In this document: positions 41,026-52,162 of the stretch, piece by piece | How positions within the stretch are numbered: the first letter of the stretch is position 1 | How the letters are laid out: each line of letters opens with the position of its first letter | Origin: Candidatus Oxydemutatoraceae bacterium | Lineage (GTDB): Bacteria; Pseudomonadota; Gammaproteobacteria; Poriferisulfidales; Oxydemutatoraceae | Direction of reading: 5' to 3' | Assembly: GCA_965218975.1 (NCBI GenBank) | Contig: OZ244717.1 | Span: 1,376,001 to 1,440,000, forward strand | DNA length: 64,000 nucleotides | Translations under genes and position numbers: made by a program | The notes under the pieces: model-generated | Told to the model about the DNA's origin: nothing | Database searches by the model: none | Seen by the model: only the letters and a program-made list of their open reading frames with translations

Positions 41026-43413
41026 ATGAAGATTAGCTGCCAATGGCTGGAAGAGATGATAGAGACACCGCTTGACAGCAAGGAACTTGCCACACAATTA
41101 ACTCAAATCGGTTTGGAGGTAAAAGCAGTGCATCGTTCGGCGCGAGCATTGTCAAAGATTGTTGCAGCTTGTGTTCGCCACATTGCGCCCCACCCGGATG
41201 CCGATCACTTACAAGTGTGCCAGGTTGATGTAGGTCAAAGGCAGTTACTGCAAGCTGTTTGTGAAGCAAACCATGTTACGGTAAATTCATATGTGCCGGT
41301 CGCATTGGTCGGCGGCAGCATCGGTGAATCAACTATCCGTTCCACCAAGATAAATGGCGTGCAATCGGATGGAGTATTGTGTTCCGCTAGAGAATTAGGC
41401 ATAAAAAACGATACTGAAAGTTTGCTGGTATTGGGCGATGATATCGCTATCGGCACCGATATCGTCAGTTACTTGCAATTAAACGATACTATCATTGAAC
41501 TTGACCTGACTCCTAACCGTGCCGATTGCTTGAGCATGGTCGGGGTTGCGCGGGAAGTAGCGGCATTAAAAAATATCCCGCTGAAGATTTTGCAATCGGA
41601 TGCGATGGAAATTACTCATGACAAAAAGTTGCCGGTCAAGGTATTGGCGGTGCAAGCTTGTCCGCGTTATCTCGGATGCGTGGTAACCGGGTTGGATACA
41701 TCCGCACGCCCCCCGTTATGGCTGAATAGCCGTTTGGAACGTTGCAGCATTGCGTTAGTGTCACCGATTGTAGATGTAATGAATTATGTAATGCTTGAAT
41801 TGGGACAACCATTACATGCGTTCGACCTGCGCAAACTGGACGGTGGGATAAGTGTACGTTTTGCGCATGAACAAGAGGCGATTCATTTACTTGACGGCAA
41901 AGATGTAAATCTGAATAAAGATACATTGGTTATTGCCGATAACATTGGCGCGGTCGCAATCGCAGGAATTATGGGTGATAAGCGTAGTGCGATCGGCGAT
42001 GATACGACAGAGGTATTTATAGAATGTGCCTATTTTTCGGACTCGGCAATTAGCGGGCGCGCGCAATCTTATGGCTTACATACGCAAGCATCGCATCGCT
42101 TCGAACGCGGTGTTGATTTTATGTTACAACGCCAAGCGTTATACCGGGCTTGTACTTTACTTTCACAGATTTGTGGCGGGGAGTATGGTGAAATATCCGA
42201 GGTAGCTACAGAGTCTAAACTTCCACAACGTGCCCCAATCAATCTGGATTATGCTGCTATTGAAGCATGTTTGGGTGTGACAATTGATCGCCGTCAGGTG
42301 ACGACTATACTCAATAATTTGAATATCTGTTTAAAACCTAACCGAAGGGGTTGGATATGTACACCGCCATCGTACCGTTTCGACTTGGAAATCGAAGAGG
42401 ATTTGATTGAAGAGATTGGCAGATTTTACGGTTATGACAATATCCCTAGTCATCGTTCAATGCCGGTTCCGATTGAGTTTAATGTGGCGAAAGATAATGC
42501 TTCGGCGCGATTAAAAAAATGGTGCGATCGTTTGGTTGCGTATGGTTATCACGAAGTTGTCACCTATAGTTTCACTAACCCGGAATTACTTTCCGCCGCA
42601 GGACTACCATCGGATTTACGCTTAAATAATCCGATCTCCCCTGAATTATCAGCGCTGCGCCCGTCGTTATTACCGAATTTATTACAAACACTGACATATA
42701 ACCTTAATCGGCAGAAGAGCCGGCTGAAAATTTTTGAATTCGGCTGCCGGTTTTGGCAAAAAAACAACGAAGCACCTCAACAAACTTCTGTAATTGCCGG
42801 GCTGGTTTACGGTGCGGCGGTCCCTGAACAATGGGCGCAGGCACCGTCGCCGCATGATTTCTATGATGTTAAAAACGATGTCGAAAACTTGCTTGCCGGT
42901 TTGATTTCACAAGGCAGGACTATTCGCTATGCAGCATGTGAGGATCATCCGCTTTTACACCCTAAATTATCCGCATGGGTTTTATTGGACGATATGAAGA
43001 TAGCTTGTTTAGGTGCGCTTAATCCTAAACTTGAGGCAGTATTTGATGTGCCGAGGCATGTCTCGCTATTTGAATTACAAGTTGAAAAAATTCCTGTGGA
43101 TATTCCGGTTGTCTATCAGCCTTTTTCACGCTACCCTTTAGTACGGCGCGATCTTTCAGTGATTCTCGCGCGTGAGATCACGATTTCCGAGGTGCTTGAC
43201 GCCATAGAGGCATTGAAATTGAACGCCTTGAGAGAATTGATTGTATTTGATGTCTATACCGGCGGTAATATGGAAGCTAATTTAAAAAGTATTAGTTTAG
43301 GTTTGATTTTTCAAAAATTTTTCAGCACTCTAAGCGATAAAGAAAGTAAAAATTACACGAATCGCGTGCTTGAACGGCTAAAACAAAAATTTGACGCACA
43401 GTTAAGGAGTTAA
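41026..43413 (+). CDS. pheT: Phenylalanine--tRNA ligase beta subunit
   Basis: Start MKISCQWL; TPNRADCLS and RFERGVD motifs; FDX-ACB C-terminus. Confidence 0.96.
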   Translation: MKISCQWLEEMIETPLDSKELATQLTQIGLEVKAVHRSARALSKIVAACVRHIAPHPDADHLQVCQVDVGQRQLLQAVCEANHVTVNSYVPVALVGGSIGESTIRSTKINGVQSDGVLCSARELGIKNDTESLLVLGDDIAIGTDIVSYLQLNDTIIELDLTPNRADCLSMVGVAREVAALKNIPLKILQSDAMEITHDKKLPVKVLAVQACPRYLGCVVTGLDTSARPPLWLNSRLERCSIALVSPIVDVMNYVMLELGQPLHAFDLRKLDGGISVRFAHEQEAIHLLDGKDVNLNKDTLVIADNIGAVAIAGIMGDKRSAIGDDTTEVFIECAYFSDSAISGRAQSYGLHTQASHRFERGVDFMLQRQALYRACTLLSQICGGEYGEISEVATESKLPQRAPINLDYAAIEACLGVTIDRRQVTTILNNLNICLKPNRRGWICTPPSYRFDLEIEEDLIEEIGRFYGYDNIPSHRSMPVPIEFNVAKDNASARLKKWCDRLVAYGYHEVVTYSFTNPELLSAAGLPSDLRLNNPISPELSALRPSLLPNLLQTLTYNLNRQKSRLKIFEFGCRFWQKNNEAPQQTSVIAGLVYGAAVPEQWAQAPSPHDFYDVKNDVENLLAGLISQGRTIRYAACEDHPLLHPKLSAWVLLDDMKIACLGALNPKLEAVFDVPRHVSLFELQVEKIPVDIPVVYQPFSRYPLVRRDLSVILAREITISEVLDAIEALKLNALRELIVFDVYTGGNMEANLKSISLGLIFQKFFSTLSDKESKNYTNRVLERLKQKFDAQLRS

Positions 43414-43416
43414 TTT

Positions 43417-43728
43417 ATGACCATTACTAAAGCGTACTTGATCGAAAGCTTGTTCAGAGATATCGGATTAAGCAAGCAAGAATCAAAGGAGTTTGTTGAA
43501 GTATTTTTTAACGAAATTAGTCAAGTTTTGCAAGACGGATGCAGCTTGAAATTTCCTGGTTTTGGCAACTTTAAAGTATACGACAAGACCGAACGGGTCG
43601 GACGCAATCCAAAAACCGGAGTAGAAACGCCGATTACCGCGCGTCGTGTGGTGGTATTTCATGCCGGGCAAAAATTAAAAAGGAGAGTGAAAGATTATGT
43701 CTACAAATCAACCCTCCTCAAAATCTGA
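43417..43728 (+). CDS. ihfA: Integration host factor alpha
   Basis: GFGNF..GRNPKTG..ARRVVVF; follows pheT. Confidence 0.93.
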   Translation: MTITKAYLIESLFRDIGLSKQESKEFVEVFFNEISQVLQDGCSLKFPGFGNFKVYDKTERVGRNPKTGVETPITARRVVVFHAGQKLKRRVKDYVYKSTLLKI

Positions 43729-44056
43729 CTTTATCCCCGTTCCCGATAAGCGTTACTTCACCATCGGGGAGATTAGCAAACTATGCCGTGTTGAACAGCA
43801 TGTTTTGCGCTACTGGGAACAAGAATTTAACGAATTAAAACCTCTTCGCCGCGGCAATCGCCGCTATTATCAACGGCAGGATGTTTATTTAGTGCGCCAG
43901 ATTAGCGACTTATTACGCCGTCAGCGTTATACAATTGACGGCGCTCGCAAACAGTTGTCGCAAGGTAGCGCTAAAATAGAACGCTTGTATAGCAAGCAGT
44001 TACTTCGCGAGCTACGCCGAGAGTTAGAAGCGGTTCAAGCAATTCTTAAATCATAA
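43697..44056 (+). CDS. MerR-family regulator (ihfA-associated)
   Basis: [24 protein letters not shown]. Confidence 0.9.
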   Translation: MSTNQPSSKSDFIPVPDKRYFTIGEISKLCRVEQHVLRYWEQEFNELKPLRRGNRRYYQRQDVYLVRQISDLLRRQRYTIDGARKQLSQGSAKIERLYSKQLLRELRRELEAVQAILKS

Positions 44057-44075
44057 AGTACAATACGCTATACGT

Positions 44076-44149
<74 letters not shown>

Positions 44150-44774
44150 TCATATGAATGAATTTATAAAATTCGGAAACATATTGCAATATTCCCCGGG
44201 TCAAATGTAATGCAAATTGGGCACTTCGGGTATCGGATAAAAAAGGTTTTAATGAACGATTGCCTACGCAGGTAAGATATGTCACGTAAAACGGTACTAT
44301 ATGCGCTCTCTTTGAATGCTTGAATTTTAAGGAAAACATGAGGTTTAGTCCTTTGGTTTTATATCATGTCCCATCCGCCTATTTATCTGTGCGTAGCACG
44401 AGCTTAGAAAGCGTTGAAGAAATAATTTGGTCTTTATGAGAAAATATATTTGTTACGGGCATGTTTATTTTTATTACGGTTGAACTAGAGAATTTATTAC
44501 AAAATTTCTCTAACATCTTCTATTTTATGAATTTCTTGAAGGGATTCTTTTTTGATCCGATGAGAATCACTGATTAAATACTTGAACATGTTTATTGAGC
44601 ATGCTTTTGCGTTTTATCGGCAATTTTACAGGTATGACGGATAAAAAGAATCGATAAAATTTTTAGGAACGATTAGTGTATTTTCTGAGAGCGCATTACA
44701 ATAGCACACATTTCCCCCCGGGCAGACTTATATATTATCTTACAAACCGCTATGGCCACGAAAAGCAGGCTGGT

Positions 44775-45527
44775 ATGACATATAACCTTGAATTCTTTCT
44801 GACTGCGGCAACCCTAGTTAGCGGTATAACTCTGATATTGAGTTGCTGGTTAAAAAGAAAAAAATATACACAAAATAGATTCTTCTCGATTACTGAAACG
44901 ATAGGATCTTTCTTTATCGTTTTGTTGATCGTTTTAGTCATTCGCTCTTTCATTATCGAACCATTCCGCATTCCTTCGGGTTCCATGCTGCCCACCTTGG
45001 AAGTGGGTGATTTTATTTTGGTGAATAAATTTTCGTACGGCTTACGCTTGCCGATCATACGGTCTAAGTTTTTTGATATTGATTCACCGAAGCGGGGTGA
45101 TGTTGTAGTGTTTAAGTATCCTCAAAATCCCCGACAGGATTTTATTAAACGCGTCATCGGCTTACCCGGTGACACCGTACAGTATCGCGATAAGATAGTT
45201 TATGTAAACCAAATCAAGACGGCATATAAAGTGATTGATGATCAGGATGACGGAGTCCGCCGCCGGCAAGTGACTGAAGAGCAGTTGTTCGGTCGCAAGC
45301 ACCGACTGCTAATTTATCGTGAGGCGTATGCTAATGATGGAATGTGGGTGGTGCCGGAAGGGCATTATTTTGTAATGGGTGACAACCGGGATAACAGTAA
45401 CGATAGCAGGCGATGGGGATTTGTTCCGGAAACAAATTTACTCGGTCGCGCCTTTTTCATCTGGTTTCACTGGAATTGGGGAAACGGTGTGATAAATACT
45501 GAGCGCATAGGAAACTATATTGAGTAA
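44775..45527 (+). CDS. lepB: Signal peptidase I
   Basis: EPFRIPSGSM, IKRVIGLPGD and GDNRDNSNDSR motifs; ATG 44775 preferred. Confidence 0.95.
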   Translation: MTYNLEFFLTAATLVSGITLILSCWLKRKKYTQNRFFSITETIGSFFIVLLIVLVIRSFIIEPFRIPSGSMLPTLEVGDFILVNKFSYGLRLPIIRSKFFDIDSPKRGDVVVFKYPQNPRQDFIKRVIGLPGDTVQYRDKIVYVNQIKTAYKVIDDQDDGVRRRQVTEEQLFGRKHRLLIYREAYANDGMWVVPEGHYFVMGDNRDNSNDSRRWGFVPETNLLGRAFFIWFHWNWGNGVINTERIGNYIE

Positions 45528-46185
45528 GCTGCGTCTGAAAAACTTGTTGGGTAGTCAATTAATTGCACATCCGATAATTCGGCAAGCGCTAACACATCGC
45601 AGCGCCGGGATGCCGCATAATGAGCGCCTAGAGTTTCTTGGAGATGCGGTATTAAGCATGTTGATTGCCGAAGTGTTATATCATGAATTATCAGATTTAT
45701 CGGAGGGAGGATTGAGCCGAATGCGAGCGCACTTGGTGCAGAAAATAACACTCGCGGCGATTGCTAAAGAGACAGGCCTTGCTGAATTAATACACGTTGG
45801 CAAAGGTGAGATAAAGAGCAGCGGTTATGAAAGATCTTCTATACTTGCCGATGCTTTTGAAGCAGTAATCGGAGCGGTCTACTTGATTAAGGGAAAGAAG
45901 GCAGTGAAAAGATTAGTTCAGCAAGTCTTTGCTTCAAGGCTTGTTGATTTGCCGGCAGTTGAAGAAATTAAAGATGCTAAAAGTAAATTGCAAGAAGCAC
46001 TGCAAGCGCGAGGATTGAATTTGCCGGTTTATCAACGAGCGAAGAGTGAGAAGTCAATGATTAAAGTGATATGTAAGGTGGCAGAGGGTAATATTCAAAC
46101 TATTGGGGAATCTTCGTCTAAACGCAAAGCGGAGCAAGAAGCGGCATCTGCGGCGCTTAAACAATTTTTTGCAAATAATCAATGA
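45520..46185 (+). CDS. rnc: Ribonuclease III
   Basis: NERLEFLGDAVL motif and dsRBD. Confidence 0.95.
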   Translation: MSKLRLKNLLGSQLIAHPIIRQALTHRSAGMPHNERLEFLGDAVLSMLIAEVLYHELSDLSEGGLSRMRAHLVQKITLAAIAKETGLAELIHVGKGEIKSSGYERSSILADAFEAVIGAVYLIKGKKAVKRLVQQVFASRLVDLPAVEEIKDAKSKLQEALQARGLNLPVYQRAKSEKSMIKVICKVAEGNIQTIGESSSKRKAEQEAASAALKQFFANNQ

Positions 46186-47081
46186 TGAATGGTAGATGCC
46201 GTTGTGGTTATGTCGCAATCGTCGGCAGACCTAATGTCGGTAAATCTACTTTATTTAATCGTATCGTCGGCACGCATTTGTCGCCGGTGACGCATAAACT
46301 GCAAACTACTCGCTACAATATTAAAGGTATTTTGACTGAAGCCGACTATCAAATTATTTTTATTGATACACCCGGCTTGCATCGAGCGACTAAACGTGCG
46401 TTTAATCGAATTCTCAACGAAAACGCCAAATATGCTTTGAGTAGCGTTGATTTAGTAATTCTAATGGTAAATTACTATACTTGGACAACCGAAGACCAGA
46501 CAGTGTTAGAGCACATTTCTGCCGACGCCAAGCCATGCATTCTAATCTTGAATAAGTGTGATCGCGAAAAAAATAAAAGCGTGCTACTGGAAATTTTGAA
46601 AAAGGCAGCGGCGCGTTACGACTTCATAGATATTTTTCCAATGTCGGCATTGAGAGATGCATCGTTTGCCAAACTTAAACGCGAGATTGTGCGGCAATTA
46701 CCACAGTCTCCATATCATTTTCCCGATGATTTCCTCACGGATAAAACCGAACAGTTTGTTGTGTCCGAATTAATTCGCGAACAGGCGATGATCGCACTGC
46801 ACCATGAATTGCCGTATACTATCCATATCGAGATTGAGCAGTTTGCGCTACAAAAGAAACACACACATATTCACGCGGTGATATTTGTTGAAAAAGAGAG
46901 TCAACGTTCAATTGTGATCGGTGAAAATGGTGAGCGAGTTAAGCGTATCGGCACAAAGGCAAGACAGCGAATAGAGAGTTTTCTCGGGCAGAAAATTTTC
47001 TTGCGATTATGGGTGAAAGTTGTCGGTAAGTGGCAAAATGACCCTACGATTCTCAGCTGCTATACGGATACTGTAAGCTAA
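46182..47081 (+). CDS. era: GTPase Era
   Basis: GRPNVGKST, DTPG, NKCD and a KH domain. Confidence 0.95.
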   Translation: MMNGRCRCGYVAIVGRPNVGKSTLFNRIVGTHLSPVTHKLQTTRYNIKGILTEADYQIIFIDTPGLHRATKRAFNRILNENAKYALSSVDLVILMVNYYTWTTEDQTVLEHISADAKPCILILNKCDREKNKSVLLEILKKAAARYDFIDIFPMSALRDASFAKLKREIVRQLPQSPYHFPDDFLTDKTEQFVVSELIREQAMIALHHELPYTIHIEIEQFALQKKHTHIHAVIFVEKESQRSIVIGENGERVKRIGTKARQRIESFLGQKIFLRLWVKVVGKWQNDPTILSCYTDTVS

Positions 47082-47824
47082 TGCTTCCGATAGTTTTTGA
47101 CAAAGAACCCGCTTACATTCTGCATCGCAGACCTTATCAGGAAGCATCTCACTTGATACAGTTTCTCACCCTTAATTATGGATGTATTACTGTGTTGGCG
47201 CGGCAATCAGCCAAGACATTGGGGCAATCTTTCCAGCCGTTCACACCGGCGCTACTAACTTGCGCTCGCGGGAATACAATGTTTAGTTTGCGGCAGTTGG
47301 ATGTCCAAGATAAATTATTATTGACGCATCCGCAAACTATGATGTTAGGTTTGTACTTGAATGAGCTTTTGCTTAAATTAGTTCCGGTGCGAGTTAAATC
47401 CATTCGCTTATTTCATCTGTATGCCGACACATTGGTGCAGCTGTCGAAGAAAATATCGGGGCAAGAAGCGCATGACAATATTTTGCGCCGGTTTGAAATT
47501 CTCCTGCTTGAGATAATTGGCTATGGCTTGCAGTTGGAACACAATGCTCAGACCGGTCAGCCGTTACAGGCAAATGCCTTATATTGTTATAAACCAGGCA
47601 CCGGCCCGGTGCATTACATTGCTGATGCGCATCGTGAACTGCCAATTTGTCGTGGTAGTACTTTACTGGCTTTAAGTAAGCATTCCGATCACAGCTTTTC
47701 CGAGTGCGATACGCAGACGCTTCAGGAAGCGCGCGCTTTGATGCGGACGATGGTCGCTTATCATCTGCGCGGAAAAGATGTAAACACTCGATCAATTTTT
47801 CAATTCCTTCAAAGGTGCGAATAA
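47081..47824 (+). CDS. recO: DNA repair protein RecO
   Basis: AYILHRRPYQE..GLYLNELL..LRRFE; follows era. Confidence 0.9.
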   Translation: MLPIVFDKEPAYILHRRPYQEASHLIQFLTLNYGCITVLARQSAKTLGQSFQPFTPALLTCARGNTMFSLRQLDVQDKLLLTHPQTMMLGLYLNELLLKLVPVRVKSIRLFHLYADTLVQLSKKISGQEAHDNILRRFEILLLEIIGYGLQLEHNAQTGQPLQANALYCYKPGTGPVHYIADAHRELPICRGSTLLALSKHSDHSFSECDTQTLQEARALMRTMVAYHLRGKDVNTRSIFQFLQRCE

Positions 47825-48555
47825 TGCGTAGCCATCCGGTACGCTTAGGTGTAAATCTTGATCACGTCGCAACTATTCGCCAAGTGCGCGGAACGACATA
47901 TCCGGATTTTGCCGCAGCGATTCACGCAACCGAATCGGCCGGTGCCGACGGTATTACATTGCATTTGCGCGAAGACCGCCGGCATATTCAAGATAGCGAT
48001 GTTTATTTAGCAAGGAAATGCGTACGCAATACTCTGAACTTGGAAATGGCAGCGACCGATGAAATGGTTCGAATTGCCTGTCAAGTGCAACCGGATTTTT
48101 CCTGCATTGTACCTGAACGACGAGAGGAGTTGACTACTGAAGGTGGTTTGGACGTCATCTCGCATTTGCCGCGTTTCAAAAAGATTTGTACTATGCTGCG
48201 TTGTGAGGGAATTCGCATCTCATTATTCATTGAACCGGATAAAGCGGTGATTGATGCGGCAGCGGAAACCGGCGCCGAGTTGATCGAGCTGCATACCGGT
48301 AATTACGCGAATGCTGAATCTGCGGTACAGATTGCAGCTGAGATCGAACGTTTGACGATTGCCGCTGAGCATGCCGCAAGTTTAGGTTTAATGGTTAATG
48401 CGGGACACGGACTCTGTCGAAGTAATGTGCAAGCAGTGGCACAGATTCCGCAAATACATGAATTAAATATTGGCCACGCGCTTATTGCCGACGCAATTTT
48501 TATGGGGTTGCCGACGGCAGTTTATGCTATGAAATCTGCTATATTAGGTGAATGA
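47824..48555 (+). CDS. pdxJ: Pyridoxine 5'-phosphate synthase
   Basis: LGVNLDHVAT, HLREDRRHIQD and NAGHGL motifs. Confidence 0.96.
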   Translation: MRSHPVRLGVNLDHVATIRQVRGTTYPDFAAAIHATESAGADGITLHLREDRRHIQDSDVYLARKCVRNTLNLEMAATDEMVRIACQVQPDFSCIVPERREELTTEGGLDVISHLPRFKKICTMLRCEGIRISLFIEPDKAVIDAAAETGAELIELHTGNYANAESAVQIAAEIERLTIAAEHAASLGLMVNAGHGLCRSNVQAVAQIPQIHELNIGHALIADAIFMGLPTAVYAMKSAILGE

Positions 48556-48974
48556 TGACTCTGAACATGGCAATGGCTAATGTTTTTGGGGTCGGCGCCG
48601 ACATTGTTTCATTGCATAGAATTGAATCAGTGTTGGCGCGTCATCCCAAACGTTTTCCTCGCCGGATACTACATGATGAAGAGTTGGAAGATTATGTTGG
48701 AATGCATGATCCGATCGGATTTTTGGCACGTCGCTTTGCTGCCAAAGAAGCAGTTGCCAAAGCGTTGGGTTTGGGTTTTAGAAATTCGGCATACGCGCCA
48801 AACATCTGTATTCGTTCCGATGCGTACGGTGCGCCGAAGGTTTGCTTAAAAAATGCATGTGATAGATTGTTTCCGACGGCTCAGGTGCTGCTTAGCATTG
48901 CGGATGAAACCGAATATGCGATTGCTTATGCGCTGGCGTTGTTTGGGAAAGCGACTGAGAGGGCAGAACTATGA
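48552..48974 (+). CDS. acpS: Holo-ACP synthase
   Basis: GVGADIV and ARRFAAKEA motifs. Confidence 0.92.
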   Translation: MMTLNMAMANVFGVGADIVSLHRIESVLARHPKRFPRRILHDEELEDYVGMHDPIGFLARRFAAKEAVAKALGLGFRNSAYAPNICIRSDAYGAPKVCLKNACDRLFPTAQVLLSIADETEYAIAYALALFGKATERAEL

Positions 48975-49870
48975 AACAGGATTATCCTACAATTGCAGCA
49001 ATAATCGGTAACACACCGTTAGTTCGTTTGCAAAGAATGCAAACGGATAATTCGCCGGTACAAATACTGGTGAAACTAGAAGGAAACAATCCGGCAGGCT
49101 CTGTAAAGGATCGTCCGGCGATTAGCATGATCAATTGTGCCGAAGAACGTGGTGATATTAACTCGGACGATACGTTAATTGAAGCGACTAGCGGTAATAC
49201 CGGGATCGCATTGGCAATGGCAGCAGCAATAAAAGATTATCGTTTGATTTTAATCATGCCGGAAAACATGAGTCAGGAACGCCGTGCGACAATGAAAGCG
49301 TACGGTGCCGAAATTATTTTAGTGTCGGCATCTGCCGGGATGGAAGGAGCGCGCGACTTGGCGCTGCAAATGCAAGATGAAGGAGAAGGCAAGGTGTTGG
49401 ATCAATTTGCCAACCCTGATAACCCATTAGCGCATTATAAGGGAACGGGACCTGAAATCTGGCGCGATACTCAGGGAAAAATCACACATTTTGTCGCATC
49501 AATGGGAACAACGGGCACAATCATGGGGGCGGGGCGTTTTTTGAAAGAACAAAATAAGGCGATTGAAATTATCGGTGTTGAACCGACGGAAGGATCAAAA
49601 ATCCCTGGAATTCGTCGTTGGCCGGAAGCTTATTTGCCGAAGATTTATGATCCTAAGCGCGTAGACTCTTTGGTTGAAGTGTCTCAACAACAAGCGGAAG
49701 ATACAATGCGCAAATTAGCAAGGGAAGAAGGAATTTTTTGTGGCATTTCTTCGGGTGGTTGTGTACATTCGGCGTTGGAAGTTGCTAAGATAATAAATGG
49801 CGGCTTGATTGTTGCAATTATTTGCGACCGTGGCGATCGATATATTTCGACCGGGCTTTTTCCTGCATGA
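48971..49870 (+). CDS. cysM: Cysteine synthase B
   Basis: KLEGNNPAGSVKDR, IPGIRRWP and CDRGDRY motifs. Confidence 0.95.
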   Translation: MKQDYPTIAAIIGNTPLVRLQRMQTDNSPVQILVKLEGNNPAGSVKDRPAISMINCAEERGDINSDDTLIEATSGNTGIALAMAAAIKDYRLILIMPENMSQERRATMKAYGAEIILVSASAGMEGARDLALQMQDEGEGKVLDQFANPDNPLAHYKGTGPEIWRDTQGKITHFVASMGTTGTIMGAGRFLKEQNKAIEIIGVEPTEGSKIPGIRRWPEAYLPKIYDPKRVDSLVEVSQQQAEDTMRKLAREEGIFCGISSGGCVHSALEVAKIINGGLIVAIICDRGDRYISTGLFPA

Positions 49871-50661
49871 AAATTTTAGTATTTGACATTGAAACAGTTC
49901 CGGATGTTGAATCGGGCAGACGGATCTATGATTTATCTGGTATTGCGGACGAGGATGTTGCCCGTGCTATGGTACACTTGCATGTACAAAAAACCGGCAG
50001 TGAGTTTTTGCCGCCGCATCTGCACCAAATTGTTGCTATCGCCGTTGTCTTTCGAGATAGTAATCAGTTGGGGGTCTGTTCACTGGGTAAACCGGACACA
50101 TCGGAAACGGAATTAGTGCGGCTTTTTTTTGGTTTAGTAGACAAGCATACGCCGCAATTAGTGAGCTGGAATGGAAGCGGGTTCGATTTGCCGACATTAC
50201 AATATCGCGCTTTATTGCACAATGTTTCATCATCTAAATATTGGGACCGAGGCGAGTATGAGAGCAGTTTCCGCTACAATAATTATCTGTCGCGTTACCA
50301 CACGCGACATTTGGATTTGATGGATGTATTGGCAAGGTATCAAACGCGAGCATTTACACCGCTCAACCAAGTTGCCAAGCTGTTGGGTTTTCCGGGTAAG
50401 TCGGAGATGGATGGTGAACGAGTAGAAGAAGCGTGGCGCGGTAAGAAAGTTCATGAAATCCGTAACTATTGCGAAACGGATGTATTGAACACCTATTTAA
50501 TTTTTTTAAAGTTTGAACTAGCTCAAGACCAGGTTACTAAATCAATTTACCAACGAAACTGTGAACAGCTGCATAGCCTTCTAAGAACGCAGAACAAGCC
50601 TCACTATACCGAATTTCTCAATGCTTGGGAGAAGCAAGGGCAGGAAGGTTGTGAAGCATAA
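49867..50661 (+). CDS. PolB-like 3'-5' exonuclease (cysM-associated)
   Basis: VFDIETVPD, SWNGSGFDLP and IRNYCETDV (DEDD-type). Confidence 0.88.
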   Translation: MKILVFDIETVPDVESGRRIYDLSGIADEDVARAMVHLHVQKTGSEFLPPHLHQIVAIAVVFRDSNQLGVCSLGKPDTSETELVRLFFGLVDKHTPQLVSWNGSGFDLPTLQYRALLHNVSSSKYWDRGEYESSFRYNNYLSRYHTRHLDLMDVLARYQTRAFTPLNQVAKLLGFPGKSEMDGERVEEAWRGKKVHEIRNYCETDVLNTYLIFLKFELAQDQVTKSIYQRNCEQLHSLLRTQNKPHYTEFLNAWEKQGQEGCEA

Positions 50662-50936
50662 CCCCACTATCTCCACTATCTGATGAGTTATTTTTGCCGG
50701 ATAGGAGCCGGGAAAATATGCCGGCTTCTTCCCCCGTAGAACTAGTATGAAGCATTGGTTGAATTCGGCACCTTTTTCAGTTAGTGGAAATTTACACAGC
50801 GCGGGCACCTTGTGTAAAAAAATTCCTCAATTAAGTATTGTTCATCTGTTGTTCAATGTATAATCTTGTGAAAACCGCGCCGTCAATCAAATGTATTGAA
50901 TCTGGTTATATCGTTCTGTTACTGGGGCCGCTAACG

Positions 50937-52079
50937 CTAAGTTAATAGCTTCTTTAATAGGGCTTGATAAATTTCACTTAATTGCAGCAAGTCGGCAATA
51001 CGAATATGCTCATTGGTTTGGTGAATAGTAGCGCTTACTAATCCGATTTCTATAACTTTTTTGCAGTAAGGTACGATAAAGCGACCATCCGAAGTGCCGC
51101 CGTCTGTCGCCAAATGAGCCGACTTGCCGGTAATTTTTTTGATCACTTGCTGAGTAGCATCAATAAGTTTAGCGGGTCGAGTGTAGAACGGCTGCGCTGA
51201 TAAGTGCCATTCTATCGTGTATTTTAGACCGCTTTGTTGGCAGATATCTTCAACATATTGCTTGATTTGTTTATCAGTAATTCGGCGGGAAAATCGTAAA
51301 TTAAATTCGGCGCACAGTCTACCCGGGACGATATTTGATGCGTATGCGTCGGCAGCGATACGGTACCATTGAAAAGTGGTCGGCGCGAATTGATCGTCAC
51401 CAGTATCCCAAACTACTTCGCTTAATTGTGACAATAGCGGCAATACTGCATGGATTAGATTATCAAATTTGCCAGGGTACGCAATATGCCTTTGTTTGCC
51501 GCTGACGGTGAGTTTGCCGGTTAAAGAACCGCGCCGTCCGCAGCGGACAGTATCGCCGACAACTTGCTGCGCCGAAGGTTCGGCAATAATACATGTATCA
51601 AATACTATATTACGTTCATTTAGTACTTGCATCGCATAACGAGTCCCATCCATTGCATCGCCTTCTTCATCGCTAGTTAATAACAAGGCAATAGAACCGT
51701 GATGGTTGGGGGTCTTTTGCACAAATTGTTCACATGCAGCAACCATTGCGGCGATGCCGCCTTTCATGTCGGCGGTACCGCGTCCGTAGAGCATTCCTTC
51801 TTTCTCATACGGTTCAAACGGAGGAGTGTTCCATGCTGTTTCATCCCCTGCAGGAACAACATCGGTGTGACCGGCGAAAACAAATAAAGGCTGTTTATCA
51901 CCGCGCCGTAGCCATAGATTGGATACTGCATTACAATTTAACGTTTCTCCGACAAAGCCCAACGGCGCTAGACACTCGGCAATCAATGCCTGACATCCGG
52001 CATCATTTGGTGTGACCGAGGGGCGGCGTACCAACTCTTTAAGCAATTCTAAAGGCATTAATTTCCAAGGTTTGTTCAA
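50937..52079 (-). CDS. dapE: Succinyl-diaminopimelate desuccinylase (alternative start ATG 52058)
   Basis: FAGHTDVVP, GRGTADMKG, TSDEEG and GGTSDGRF motifs. Confidence 0.95.
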   Translation of the reverse strand: MNKPWKLMPLELLKELVRRPSVTPNDAGCQALIAECLAPLGFVGETLNCNAVSNLWLRRGDKQPLFVFAGHTDVVPAGDETAWNTPPFEPYEKEGMLYGRGTADMKGGIAAMVAACEQFVQKTPNHHGSIALLLTSDEEGDAMDGTRYAMQVLNERNIVFDTCIIAEPSAQQVVGDTVRCGRRGSLTGKLTVSGKQRHIAYPGKFDNLIHAVLPLLSQLSEVVWDTGDDQFAPTTFQWYRIAADAYASNIVPGRLCAEFNLRFSRRITDKQIKQYVEDICQQSGLKYTIEWHLSAQPFYTRPAKLIDATQQVIKKITGKSAHLATDGGTSDGRFIVPYCKKVIEIGLVSATIHQTNEHIRIADLLQLSEIYQALLKKLLT

Positions 52080-52162
52080 GCATTACATACATTGATCTTA
52101 TATGCTTTATAGTCTTTTATTTTCGAGTATATATCCGATGCTATGCAAACATTCGCGATTGA

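Noticed and set aside
50662-50936. Possible riboswitch or ncRNA (AAGGTGCC twice on the minus strand)
   Set aside because: Lies between convergent gene ends and lacks the remaining cobalamin-riboswitch motifs; unsupported without an Rfam search.
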